Part shown: positions 1-13,583 of the stretch, piece after piece
How the letters are laid out: every line of letters begins with the position of its first letter
How positions within the stretch are numbered: position 1 is the stretch's first letter
Assembly: GCA_964016885.1 (NCBI GenBank)
Contig: OZ024762.1
Span: forward strand, 21,080,001 to 21,144,000
Source: Eledone cirrhosa
Taxonomy: Eukaryota
Reading direction: 5' to 3'
Length of the DNA stretch: 64,000 nt
The notes under the pieces: generated by a model
What the model was told of the DNA's origin: nothing
Database searches by the model: none
What the model saw: only the letters and a program-made list of their open reading frames with translations
Made by a program: the position numbers and the translations under genes

Positions 1-1047
1 GCTTATTTTAATCTTCATTCATAAAGATATTCTAAATAAAATTTCAAATGAACTTATTCAATGCTCCAACCATTTCTAAATTTCTAATTAATTTTTTTTC
101 CTTCTCATAATTATTTGATATTCTTTAAAATATTTATATTAGATTTTGAATTTTAAGCTTTTAAATTTTTTTTAAGCATTTTAAAAATCTTATAATGATT
201 GACTCTGATTTCAGTTTTTATTGTAATTTTTAAATTTTGTTAATTTAATTTAATAAGCATGTAAATAAATTCTTTATATTAAATCTTTAAAACAAATGGC
301 TGAGAACACAATTTTGATTTTTGTTAAATATTTTTCTAAGAATATTTTTTACTTTTTGCTCCTTTCTTAGTTTTAATGTCAACAATGAAATTCTCTTCGG
401 CTTGACACATACAAAAAAAAAATAATAATAATAATAATAATGCTTTCTTTATAATAATAATAATAAATAAATAAATCAAAGAAAGTTGATAATTTTGTAG
501 CTTCATGAATTATATAACTTGGTTTGGGAATTTAGCTTGACATTATGGCTTGTCTTATGAGAAGAAATCATATAATATATAGAAATATCCTAAAAGTATT
601 GTTGGCTTGTAGGCAATGAATGTCAGATAAAATACTGTGGCATTCATTCCAGTTATCTGTGCTCTGAGTTCAAATCCTGCTGAGGTCAACTTTATCATTC
701 ATCCTTTTGAGGTTGATGAAATTAAGTACCCATCCAGTACTGGTGTCGATCTTTTATTCCCTTCCATTTCTCTTTCTCACTTCCTCACTTTTTCCCTCTC
801 TGGAAGAAATCTGCTGATGTTCAGAAGTCTTGGAGAGAGGGATGGACTCTGCCAAGTTCAAAGTGCCGTATGTCACAATGGCATCCTTACAACTCCACTA
901 GGACTCACAGGGTTAATACATTTATCATTGACTTAAGATCAAAAGTTGAACCCTCGGCAGTTGCCAATATCAAACAAATCTTTACCCTATGATTGGTAAC
1001 TTGCACATTTTTTTTTTCTTTCTAAACTTTTCATCTGCCATCTATAG

Positions 1048-1056
1048 GACATTCAA
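1048..1056 (+). CDS. Candidate 9-nt microexon of tomosyn (hypervariable region)
   Basis: Long polypyrimidine tract then ...catctgccatctatag|GACATTCAA|gtaagt; perfect donor; frame-preserving; upstream of the first confident exon, whose acceptor is phase 1. Confidence 0.5.
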
Positions 1057-1215
1057 GTAAGTGATATCCTGTTTTATTAACCTGTCTTATTGTATATTAG
1101 TTAACTTATCCTATCGTTTTGTAGAAGAAACACCAGACAGTGCCCACCCTTATTGAATTCCTGTTTATTAGAATATCTTATTGTATATTAGTTGATATTT
1201 CCTACCCTTCTGTAG

Positions 1216-1293
1216 AAGAACCAGCAGACAATATCCACTCTCATTGGTACAACACTGAAAAAAAAACCTATTCCATCCTTTACGTTAGAATTG
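1216..1293 (+). CDS. Candidate 78-nt alternative exon of tomosyn
   Basis: cctacccttctgtag acceptor, ttg|gtaagt donor; multiple of 3; open in phase 1 (xEPADNIHSHWYNTEKKTYSILYVRI) and phase 0; no recognisable homology. Confidence 0.3.
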
Positions 1294-1582
1294 GTAAGTG
1301 TTACAAGTATATAGATTAAAATAATGTTAACCATTTCATTACCATATTTCTAAGGAAATACGCAGTATTTCAACTAAACAGTGAAGTTTTGGGAAGGATT
1401 TACTATGATATTGATATTTATATATACATAATTTGATTACCTCTACAGGTAATATTTATTAGAATGCTGTTGTAGTATGTATATATTTTCAAATCTGTTT
1501 TGCAAGATTTCTTATCTGAAAACGAGTGTTGAAACAGATATTGTTATACTTATTGGCAGCATGACTCTCACAAAGTAGAACA

Positions 1583-1613
<31 letters not shown>

Positions 1614-1733
1614 CACACATACACAGAGAGAGAGAGAGAGAAAGATTGGGAGTTACCAGTTTAGACTGGTAAAACCATTGTATTCACTTACCATCGAAAC
1701 AGCAAGGGCTCAGCTGTCAGGCTGTGACTCATT

Positions 1734-1788
<55 letters not shown>

Positions 1789-2135
1789 GTACACTACCAA
1801 GGAGAGCAGACATTAAATACAATATATATATATATATATATGCATATTTGTATGTGTGAATATGAGAACTTCAAAGCAGTAGCAATATTTAATTCATACA
1901 TGATTTTCTACAGCAACTTCATACTTTATTCATCAAAGATAAATTATTGTATCGAAATGTTCGAATTGATCCATTTTATTTGTTGTTTCTCTCATAAATG
2001 TACTTAATTCTGAAGTTGTAGCAACTTTCGTAGAGGTAGGAAATACATTCTATGTATGTGTGAGTCTTTGTATGTATGTATGTGTATGTATGTATATAGA
2101 AAAAGAGAAAGAGAGAGATGATTATATATATATAT

Positions 2136-2325
2136 ATAGGAACAAGTAAGACCCCGACGGCTGAGCTCAAGCCGTTTCGACGGCTAATTCTGGACTATTC
2201 CAGAATTAGCCGTTGAGCTCAGCCGTCGGGGTCTTACTTGTTCCTATTACCCACTCTACTACCCTAAGTATTGAGTACTTTGGTGCGATATGGTCCACCT
2301 GGTTCCTTACCACATTTCCTTCATT
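2136..2325. repeat. (TA)n-flanked palindromic repeat, copy 1
   Basis: ataggaacaagtaagaccccgacggctgagctcaa ... ttgagctcagccgtcggggtcttacttgttcctat, followed by an ~80-bp tail shared with 5884-6080. Confidence 0.85.
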
Positions 2326-2964
2326 ATATATATATATATACATATATATATACATATATATATATATAGAGAGAGAGAGAATAACTAACCACAGTTAATT
2401 GATATAAATAGCTTAGAAAAGCAGGTAAATACCTCGGTAGAAGTTCGATTCTTCATACCAGCTACTGCCCACTTTTTTCCATCCATAGGGATATTTTACC
2501 CGATTTTCTAAGTCATTATTGATTAGTTATTTTCTCAGTTTGTGTTTATGTATGTATTTGTATATGTATATGTGTGTATATATATGTGTATATGTATATA
2601 AATATGTATATGTATATAAATATATACATGTATATGTATATAAATATGTGTATGTATGTATATATATACATGTATATATGTCAGTGTTGAACAAAAAGGC
2701 GACGATGGTTGCCTGAACACTGTACGGCGTAATTCGAGCTGTTTGTTTACAAACAAACCGAACATTATAATAAATGTTTGGTAAACCCATACGTACATAT
2801 ATATATGTGTGCATGTATGTATATATATACATACTACTGTATGTCTGTATACATATATGAATGTACGTATAGATACATTTAAGTATCAGCCGTACTAAGA
2901 GTGAGAAATGAAATTCCGTTTCATTCTTTTCCATTTATGTATATACACATATTTACATACTATG

Positions 2965-3845
2965 TAGGAGGGTGTGCCAAGAGTTTAATAGCTAGAATAA
3001 GGATAGGATGGAAGAAGTTTCGAAAATTCCTTCCACTGTTAACAAGAGGTTACTCCCTACATACATAAAGAAGGCTGTATGATGCTTCCTTCCACTGTTA
3101 ACAAGAGGTTACTCCCTACATACATAAAGAAGGCTGTATGATGCTTCCTTCCACTGTTAACAAGAGGTTACTCCCTACATACATAAAGAAGGCTGTATGA
3201 TGCTTCCTTCCACTGTTAACAAGAGGTTACTCCCTACATACATAAAGAAGGCTGTATGATGCTTCCTTCCACTGTTAACAAGAGGTTACTCCCTACATAC
3301 ATAAAGAAGGCTGTATGATGCTTCCTTCCACTGTTAACAAGAGGTTACTCCCTACATACATAAAGAAGGCTGTATGATGCTTGTGTGCAGTGTGTGATGC
3401 TGCATGGTAGTGAAACATGAACTGTGGTTGCAGAGGACATGTGTAGACTGGAGAGAAATGAAGGAACCATGCTTTGTTGGATGTGCAATGTAAATGTGAG
3501 AGAAAAGCAGAGCTTGGACGAGCTGAAGGTGAAGCTGGGCTTAATGGGAATCTGAGGTGGTGTGCAGGAGAGAAGACTGCATTGGTAGGGGCATGTGATG
3601 TGCATGGACAATGACCAATGGGTGAAGAAGTGCCAGGAAATCCCAGTGGAACGAAGCAGCAGTCAAGGACGACCAAGAAAGGCTTGGGCTGAGGTTGTGA
3701 GAGCTGTCCTCGAATCGCTAAGACTGGCAGAGATGTTGACGAAGGGACGTGACAAGTGGACAGATGCCGTGCTGAGAAAGACCTGTCCAACCCATGGAAG
3801 CATGGAAAGGTGGACCTAAAAACAATGATGATGATGATGATGATA
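2965..3845 (+). mobile_element. RTE-clade LINE 3' fragment with internal 59-bp tandem amplification (about 6 copies, 3027-3383)
   Basis: Translates to ARIRIGWKKFR and GRPRKAWAEVVR, RTE-type C-terminal motifs; ends in a (GAT)n tail; period 59 (3085, 3144, 3203, 3262, 3321). Confidence 0.8.
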
Positions 3846-4044
3846 CACCATTTTGTATTGTCTTACATCTCTTCGAGAGGATGAAGAATTATTTATTCCC
3901 CTGTCTTCTGACATCCTGGGATGGACAATTGCTACTGGCTGGAATTCAGTAGAAACAACACTGTCCATTCTATTTTGACAGCTGATGAGTGAAGGGGATT
4001 TTATGTCTGATCCCTGTCATATTTGTTCATATCTCCATTCTTTC

Positions 4045-4111
4045 ATGTGTGTATATATATATATGTATGTGTGTATGTCTGTGTATATATATATATGTGT
4101 GTGTGTATGTA

Positions 4112-4168
<57 letters not shown>

Positions 4169-4196
4169 GTATATGTATATATACACATGTATATGT

Positions 4197-4228
<32 letters not shown>

Positions 4229-4596
4229 ATGTATGTATATATATGTATATGTATGTATATATATGTATATGTATGTATATATATGTATATGTATGTATAT
4301 ATATGTATATGTATGTATATATATGTATATGTATGTATATATATGTATATGTATGTATATGTATATGTATGTATATATATGTATATGTATGTATATGTAT
4401 ATGTATGTATATATATGTATATGTATGTATATGTATATGTATGTATATATATATGTATATGTATGTATATATATGTATATGTATGTATATGTATGTATGT
4501 ATATATATGTATGTATGTATATATATGTATGTATGTATGTATATGTATATGTATATATGTATCTATATATATATGTATGTAAATATATGTATGTAT

Positions 4597-4632
<36 letters not shown>

Positions 4633-4662
4633 ATATATATATTTATATGTGTGAGTGTGTGT
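4045..4662. repeat. Compound (TA)n/(TATG)n microsatellite
   Basis: Direct reading of the sequence. Confidence 0.95.
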
Positions 4663-5131
4663 ATTCTAGATGCTTTTAGTTCTCTTTCGTTGCCACATTT
4701 CTGATAAAATACAGTGTATTTGAATTAGTCTATGAAGAATTTTACATCAACTACTAAATTTGTATCATAACAAACAGGTACTTAAGAAAAAATTATGGTA
4801 GAATCTTTATTTAAATAGGAACTCGTATTGAAAGTTATAAGATAGGGACTAGCAGTGTTGTACCATCTCCCCTTAGATTTTCTCTGAAAGATTAGCTGTC
4901 AATAGTTCTTATACATTAGTTCTTCTCTCATGTTATAGCATAGCAATTTTTTTTTTAATGCATTGTAAAAACATTTTACAACAGATGTTGGCAACATGTT
5001 GGCCATTGAGGTGTTCTCTGTGGTACACAGATCTGTTCAGAAGTTCCCGGATAGCTTCGGGAGCTTCCAACAGTAATGGTCGCATTCTTTAAGGGTATGT
5101 CAATATTTATTTATAAAACTGCTTTATATTA

Positions 5132-5196
5132 TATTTTATCTGATGAAAGCACACCATAATTTAACTTGGTGTCCTTGAAATATGTATAATGAAATA
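5132..5196 (+). ncRNA. Minimal type I hammerhead ribozyme motif (sense, putative tomosyn intron)
   Basis: tattttat CTGATGA aagcacacca-taatttaact-tggtgtcctt GAAA tatgtaTA atgaaata: helix I 8 bp (one G-U), helix II 9 bp with one mismatch, minimal helix III, predicted cleavage after AUA at 5188. Confidence 0.75.
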
Positions 5197-5390
5197 AATA
5201 TGGTTTTATAAATATAGTTTCCATTTGTTAATATCGTATTTTTACTCCAATTATTTGTTGAGTGCTTTATATCAGTTATAAAAATATTTGCTTGTTGTAT
5301 CCCAACAATTTAAATAGAACTTTTGCATCATCATCATCATCATCATTTTACGTGATGATGATGCAAAAGTTCTATTTAAATTGTTGGGAT

Positions 5391-5426
<36 letters not shown>

Positions 5427-5883
5427 GATTGGTGCTCTGAAATAGCGATGTATAATATATTTGGCAATATACCGTATGTTTTATATACCGTATGGGGTGC
5501 ATGGTTCTCATGATAGCCAACCAGCATGAAACAGACTGTTCGCTTCTCTCCCTTCTTTCGCCAAAAAGAAGTAAGTGACATAGTCACTACTCGTCAGACC
5601 TCTGCCGTAGTAAATTTACTTCAGCAGAGGTCCGATGAGCTTTTGATTCCAGAGTTAGGCCAGATCGAACCTTGAGCTGATCAATAGTGAAATGTACATC
5701 ACCAATCAATAAAAGTAATGAAGGCATAACAAATCGTCCTTGTATTATTATATTATTATATTACACTCTGTCTAGCTCTACACCTCGCCACTGGCGTGAA
5801 CTTAAACATTGAGGGCTCATCTGGGTGAACCTACAGTAACTTCACGTTACACTCCCTGGATATATATATATATATATATATAT

Positions 5884-6080
5884 ATAGGAACGAGTAGGAC
5901 CCCGACGGCTGAGCTCAAGCCGTTTCGACGGCTAATTCTGGAGTCCAGAATTAGCCGTTGAAATAGCTTAAGCTCAGCCGTCGGGGTCCTACTCGTTCCT
6001 ATTACTCACTCTACTACCCTAAGTATTGAGTACTTTGGTGCGTTATGGTCCACCTGGTTCCTTACCACATTTCCTTCGTT
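5884..6080. repeat. (TA)n-flanked palindromic repeat, copy 2 (contains hammerhead 3' halves)
   Basis: Arms of ~58 bp around gagt at ~5941; the minus strand reads GAAAcggct-tgagctc-agccgTC ggggtc. Confidence 0.85.
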
Positions 6081-6499
6081 ATATATATATAGTATATGTT
6101 TGGTTATATTGGAGTTTACCAATATATATCTTGGTAAAGATTATAGAAGCTCTATACTAATCAGTATCCTTGGTCCAGCTGTTACCAAATAAAAGCTGAG
6201 AGAGTCTTTAACCTCAGTAGACTCTGATATAGACTGTTATGGCACGGACTGCAGAGCTCAAAATTTAATATATATATATATATATTTCTAATAGGAATAT
6301 ATTGCTTTTCTGTTTTAATAATCAAAATAATCAACAATACTGTGAGGTTGAATGAAAGAACTTTCATCTTAATATCAAGACAAATATTTAACTACTGAAA
6401 TCTAATAATATCTGTCATATTATAATAAAATTTCAGTTCAAGTTTTAAATTTGAATGTTTCAATTGAGGATGTTTGGGGATGGAGGTGAGGCGTTGTTA

Positions 6500-7200
6500 T
6501 TAAAAAAAAAAAACCTTGAATTTCAAACGGTTGGATTTTTAATTTCCCCTTGCATTTGTCATATCATTTTTCTCTCCTAATAAAAAGTAATACCATTCTG
6601 TTGTTTTTAGAATCCTCTTTAGTTGCCGTTTAGCTTAGTCTCTGTAAACAGTATATATTTTTCTCATCTTTGCTAGCATCTTTCTGTGACCAAACCTGAT
6701 ATATGTCTATTGTTTAAGGGGTGTTTAAATATAAGGTCCTTCTGGCTAAATGTCTTAGATGTAGAGAAAATATTCTTCCAGAAGACTTTAGTTTATTTTA
6801 AATTCCTGATATTCTGGCGCAGTGTTGTGTGCTGGTATATGAAGGGTTAAGTTAAAAAAAAAAAAACCCACCTGAATTTCAAATGGTTGAGTTTTTAACT
6901 CCCCTTCATATCTACCATATCACTTTTCTCACCCAAAAGTTAATATTTCTTTGTTCTTAGATTAATCTTTAGATTCCGTTTAAATTATTCTCTGTAGAAT
7001 TATTTTTTGTATTCTTTATAAAACGATACGACACATTTTTCTCATCTTTACTAACAACTTTCTGTGACCCAACTTGATATATGTCTCTATTGCTTAAAGG
7101 CTCTTAAAATTGAAGAACCTTATGGCTGTATGTCTTAGAAGTAGAGAAAATATTCTTTCAGAAGACTTTAGTTTCTTTTAAATTCCTGATATTCTAACAA
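6500..7200. repeat. Diverged ~360-bp direct tandem duplication
   Basis: Both copies run from an A-tract/tgaatttcaaa to gtagagaaaatattctt...gaagactttagttt...aaattcctgatattct. Confidence 0.8.
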
Positions 7201-7534
7201 AGCCTTATTTTCTGGTAACATTTTTTTTCTGTAATTTTTTTTTTTTTTTATTCATTTTTAATTTTATTTATTTTTAATTTTTTTTAATTTCTAAAATTTT
7301 TTTTTCTCCTTAAATTCAAAGTTTTCTTGTTGGCAGATTATATTAATTTAAATGTTTTTTTTTTTAATCATTTTTAAGAGAAAAATGTTTTGTTTTCTTT
7401 TATTGTGTATTTATTTGTTTATTTGTTTCTGTCCAATAATTCCATGCCATATATTTGCTGTTGTTGTTGTTGTTTTTTTAATTATTATTCTATCCATTTG
7501 GTATATTTCATATTGATGAACAAACTGGATAAAC

Positions 7535-9060
<1,526 letters not shown>

Positions 9061-9414
9061 CAACTGCCTAAATCAATCAAAATTGTTTTGAGGCTGTTGA
9101 ATAATTGGTTAAATATGATTTACATGTTAAATTGATTTCTTCTGATTGTGTGTTTTTTTTTTTGCTTGTTTGTTTCTTTTTTTTTTTTCATAAATATAAA
9201 TATGGTGAATTTGTTAGGAATTTTATGATGAGTAGTAATGGAGAGAAAACCCCCTTCATTTCTAATTAGTAATGGAGAGAAAACCCCCTTCATTTCTAAT
9301 TAGTAACTTTTCAAGCAGCTGATTCTTCTATTATAGCATTAACTGTGTGTTTATTGTAGTAAAAATTCCAATACTGACAAGTTAGCTAATATAACATTTA
9401 TCACATTGTATTTT

Positions 9415-11750
9415 ATCTTGGCATTGTCGGTGGCTCATCTTGCTATATTGTCAGTGGCTCATCTTGCCATTGTCGGCGGCTCATCTTGCCATTGTCGGCG
9501 GCTCATCTTGCCATTGTCGGTGGCTCATTTTGTCATTGTCGGTGGCTCATCTTGCCATTGTCGGTGGCTCATTTTGTCATTGTCGGTGGCTCATTTTGCC
9601 ATTGTCGGTGGCTCATTTTGTCATTGTCGGTGGCTCATCTTGCCATTGTCAGTGGCTCATTTTGCCATTGTCGGTGGCTCATTTTGTCATTGTCGGTGGC
9701 TCATCTTGCCATTGTCGGTGGCTCATTTTGTCATTGTCGGTGGCTCATCTTGCCATTGTCGGCGGCTCATCTTGCCATTGTCGGTGGCTCATCTTGCCAT
9801 TGTCAGTGGCTCATTTTGCCATTGTCGGTGGCTCATCTTGCCATTGTCGGTGGCTCATCTTGCCATTGTCGGTGGCTCATCTTGCCATTGTCGGTGGCTC
9901 ATCTTGCCATTGTCGGCGGCTCATCTTGCCATTGTCGGTGGCTCATCTTGCCATTGTCGGTGGCTCATGTTGCCATTGTCGGCGGCTCATCTTGCCATTG
10001 TCGGCGGCTCATCTTGCCATTGTCGGCGGCTCATCTTGCCATTGTCGGCGGCTCATCTTGCCATTGTCGGTGGCTCATCTTGCCATTGTCGGTGGCTCAT
10101 CTTGCCATTGTCGGTGGCTCATCTTGCCATTGTCGGTGGCTCATCTTGCCATTGTCGGCGGCTCATCTTGCCATTGTCGGCGGCTCATCTTGGCATTGTC
10201 GGCGGCTCATCTTGCCATTGTCGGCGGCTCATCTTGCCATTGTCGGTGGCTCATTTTGCCATTGTCGGTGGCTCATCTTGCCATTGTCGGCGGCTCATCT
10301 TGCCATTGTCGGAGGCTCATCTTGCCATTGTCGGCGGCTCATCTTGCCATTGTCGGTGGCTCATCTTGCCATTGTCAGTGACTTATCTTGCTATATTGTC
10401 AGTGGCTCATCTTGCCATTGTCGGTGGCTCATCTTGCCATTGTCGGTGGCTCATCTTGCCATTGTCGGTGGCTCATCTTGCCATTGTCGGTGGCTCATCT
10501 TGCCATTGTCGGTGGCTCATCTTGCCATTGTCGGCGGCTCATCTTGCCATTGTCGGCGGCTCATCTTGCCATTGTCGGTGGCTCATCTTGCCATTGTCAG
10601 TGACTTATCTTGCTATATTGTCAGTGGCTCATCTTGCCATTGTCGGTGGCTCATCTTGCCATTGTCGGTGGCTCATCTTGCCATTGTCGGTGGCTCATCT
10701 TGCCATTGTCGGTGGCTCATCTTGCCATTGTCGGTGGCTCATCTTGCCATTGTCGGCGGCTCATCTTGCCATTGTCGGCGGCTCATCTTGCCATTGTCGG
10801 CGGCTCATCTTGCCATTGTCGGCGGCTCATCTTGCCATTGTCGGCGGCTCATCTTGCCATTGTCGGCGGCTCATCTTGCCATTGTCGGCGGCTCATCTTG
10901 CCATTGTCGGCGGCTCATCTTGCCATTGTCGGCGGCTCATCTTGCCATTGTCGGCGGCTCATCTTGCCATTGTCGGTGGCTCATCTTGCCATTGTCGGTG
11001 GCTCACCTTGCCATTGTCGGTGGCTCACCTTGCCATTGTCGGTGGCTCATCTTGCCATTGTCGGTGGCTCATCTTGGCATTGTCGGTGGCTCATCTTGCC
11101 ATTGTCGGTGGCTCATCTTGCCATTGTCGGCGGCTCATCTTGCCATTGTCGGTGGCTCACCTTGCCATTGTCGGTGGCTCACCTTGCCATTGTCGGTGGC
11201 TCACCTTGCCATTGTCGGTGGCTCATCTTGGCATTGTCGGTGGCTCATCTTGGCATTGTCAGTGGCTCATCTTGCCATTGTCGGCGGCTCATCTTGCCAT
11301 TGTCAGTGACTTATCTTGCTATATTGTCAGTGGCTCATCTTGCCATTGTCGGTGGCTCATCTTGCCATTGTCGGTGGCTCACCTTGCCATTGTCGGTGGC
11401 TCACCTTGCCATTGTCGGTGGCTCATCTTGGCATTGTTGGTGGCTCATCTTGCCATTGTTGGTGGCTCATCTTGCCATTGTCGGCGGCTCATCTTGCCAT
11501 TGTCGGCGGCTCATCTTGCCATTGTCAGTGGCTCATCTTGCCATTGTCGGCGGCTCATCTTGCCATTGTCGGTGGCTCATCTTGCTATATTGTCAGTGGC
11601 TTATCTTGCTATATTGTCAGTGGCTCATCTTGCCATTGTCAGTGGCTCATCTTGCCATTGTCAGTGGCTCATCTTGCTATATTGTCAGTGGCTCATCTTG
11701 CCATTGTCAGTGGCTCATCTTGCTATATTGTCAGTGGCTCATCTTAGCAA
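9415..11750. repeat. 22-bp minisatellite (gctcatcttgccattgtcggtg)n, ~105 copies
   Basis: Period 22; variants cggcgg/cggtgg/cagtgg and a 24-bp ctatatt variant. Confidence 0.97.
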
Positions 11751-11824
11751 TGTATCAAAGTGATGCCCGCAAGTGTGCTTGGTTATTCCATTCCAGTGCC
11801 TTAGCTTCACTATATAATAATAAT

Positions 11825-12210
11825 TAAAATTATTGTGTACAGTGCTCAGGTGTACTGCAACTCATCAAAGGTGCATGTATAGTAAATAGAATAATGTACA
11901 AATGCCAGGAAAGTGAACAGTGTATGAGTCATGATATACACACAGACACACGCACACATGCGTGCGTGTCTATGGAGGGGGAATATCGGGTGTAGTGTTG
12001 GTGAATTTCGGGAAGCATGGAAGTTTTGAAGGGTGCAGTGTCCTAACAGCTAACAACTGATGCAAGCAGTTTGTTCCATGCTTCAGTAACTCTGAGCGTG
12101 AAAAATGTTTCTGAAAGTTATGGGAGCTGTGCTGCTTTCTGATTTTGTAAGCATGTCCACCGGTGTTAGACATATGGAATTCAAAAAGGTGCTCCAGGGC
12201 AAAGAGAGAA
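11825..12210 (-). mobile_element. CR1/L2-type LINE 3' end fragment
   Basis: Minus frames give GHAYKIRKQHS..KHF and WNKL.ASVVSC, typical of the CR1 ORF2 C-terminus; related copies at ~27515-27630 and 46620-47150. Confidence 0.7.
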
Positions 12211-12283
12211 GCTCTTATCCTTTTTTGTTCTGGCATGTGATTGAGTGTGAAGGTCTTTTCATATTTATTGTTACTAGATTGAA

Positions 12284-12539
12284 CCGAATTAACAAGATCC
12301 CAGACCTTGTTCACTAACTGAGTGAGGTGGAACTTGCCAGTTCGGACCAAAGAAACAATGTTTCCATTGGTCTTTCCAATTGCTAATACTATCCACTGGT
12401 CACAACTTCTGGCAGAAGTAGAAACATGAAATAAAGCATCTTGCTCAGGGTCATAATGCATCGACTGGCCCAGGAATTGAACTCATAACCTCCCGATTGT
12501 GAATCCAACTCTCTAACCACTAAGCCATGCACCTTCATC
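12284..12539 (-). mobile_element. CORE-like tRNA-derived SINE (family B) with 19-bp target-site duplication
   Basis: ttattgttactagattgaa at 12265-12283 and 12540-12558 flanks an element whose head is homologous to family B. Confidence 0.7.
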
Positions 12540-12895
12540 TTATTGTTACTAGATTGAAACTGAAGGGATGTGAACTTGAAATCTTTCTACATGAAATAAC
12601 TCCCAAGTTTCTATATGTACATTTATATTCCTGTATAATAGACAGTGACACCTGGAAACAGTCTGGCAATATATGTACATATGGTATACGTAGTGTTAGG
12701 AAGGACATCCAGCCACAGAAACCAAGTCAAAAGAAGATGTACTAGGGACTACAGGACCTTATCACCTGACCTGTCTCGCCTCAGTACACAGCAGCCATCT
12801 AACCTATGCAAGCATGGAAAATAGATGTTAAATAGTGAAGATGACGATAGTATAGATAGAGATAAAAAAATATCAGCCATTATTAGTTCAAAATA

Positions 12896-13090
12896 GGGCG
12901 GTGGATTGGCAGTATTGGTAGAGGGTCAGACGCCATGCTTTGCAGCAAAGAGTTACGGCCCTTTATCGTCTGAGTTCAAATCCCGCCGAGGTTAACTTTG
13001 CCTTTCATCCTTACGGGGGTCGATAAAATAAAGTACCAGTAATACACTGGGATAATTGCTGGCCTTGTGCCAAAAGTAGAAACAATTATT
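12896..13090 (+). mobile_element. tRNA-derived SINE family A. Other copies: + at ~13620-13790, 16547-16770, 28110-28260, 32828-32990, 34443-34626, 38355-38538, 42087-42275, 47757-47975, 52226-52420, 58347-58540; - at ~22260-22400, 28566-28756, 55565-55747, 55823-55979
   Basis: A-box-like ggcggtggattggcagtattggtag, B-box gagttcaaatccc, conserved core gcctttcatccttacggggtcgataaaataaagtaccag, (TTA)n tails, TSDs at some copies. Confidence 0.85.
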
Positions 13091-13329
13091 GGTTCAATTT
13101 GCTTCTGGCTTTTAACGTTGTGTTCAAATCTTGCTGGAGTCAATTTTGCAGTCGATAAAATAAAATACCAGTCCTGTACTGGGGGTTCATTTAATCGACT
13201 TTCACTCCCCCACCCCACCAAAATGTCTAGCCTTATACCTAAACTAGAAATCTTTATTAGTTAAATCTATTTATTAAATGTCTATGCTAGCCACTATAGA
13301 TATTTCTTATATCAGATATATACCATGTG

Positions 13330-13361
<32 letters not shown>

Positions 13362-13463
13362 TACTGACGTATTGTTACCAAACTAAAACTGAAGAGATAT
13401 GAACTCCAAGTCTTCCTACATGAAATAACTCTGTTTATCTCTAAACTATATTACACCTTACAG

Positions 13464-13583
13464 ATAAAAATGATGGATCCTCGTTCTCTCGGTCGAGAAG
13501 CTCCAGTATGTCCAGTCTAGAAAATGTTTCCAAAGAAGCAATCCAGTGTCTCAAGTTTTCTGATTCTTATACAAGAAAAACAG
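13464..13583 (+). CDS. STXBP5: Tomosyn (syntaxin-binding protein 5) exon: xKNDGSSFSRSRSSSMSSLENVSKEAIQCLKFSDSYTRKT
   Basis: AG/GT boundaries, phase 1-1; matches the vertebrate tomosyn segment SFSRSRSSS...EAI..L.F.....RKT. Confidence 0.92.

Noticed and set aside
4985-5094. Exon-like GC-richer segment ending in aagg|gtatgt
   Set aside because: Stops occur in all three frames from the available acceptors, and the adjacent sequence belongs to the hammerhead repeat family.
5590-5640. Hairpin with CUGACGA (-) and CCGAUGA (+) cores
   Set aside because: No correctly placed GAAA/helix III on either strand, so it cannot be folded as a hammerhead.
9406-11827. 785/607/405-aa Cys/His-rich repetitive ORFs
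   Set aside because: The 22-bp unit is not a multiple of 3, all three frames give the same peptide, and there is no sign of codon-position bias: a minisatellite, not a gene.
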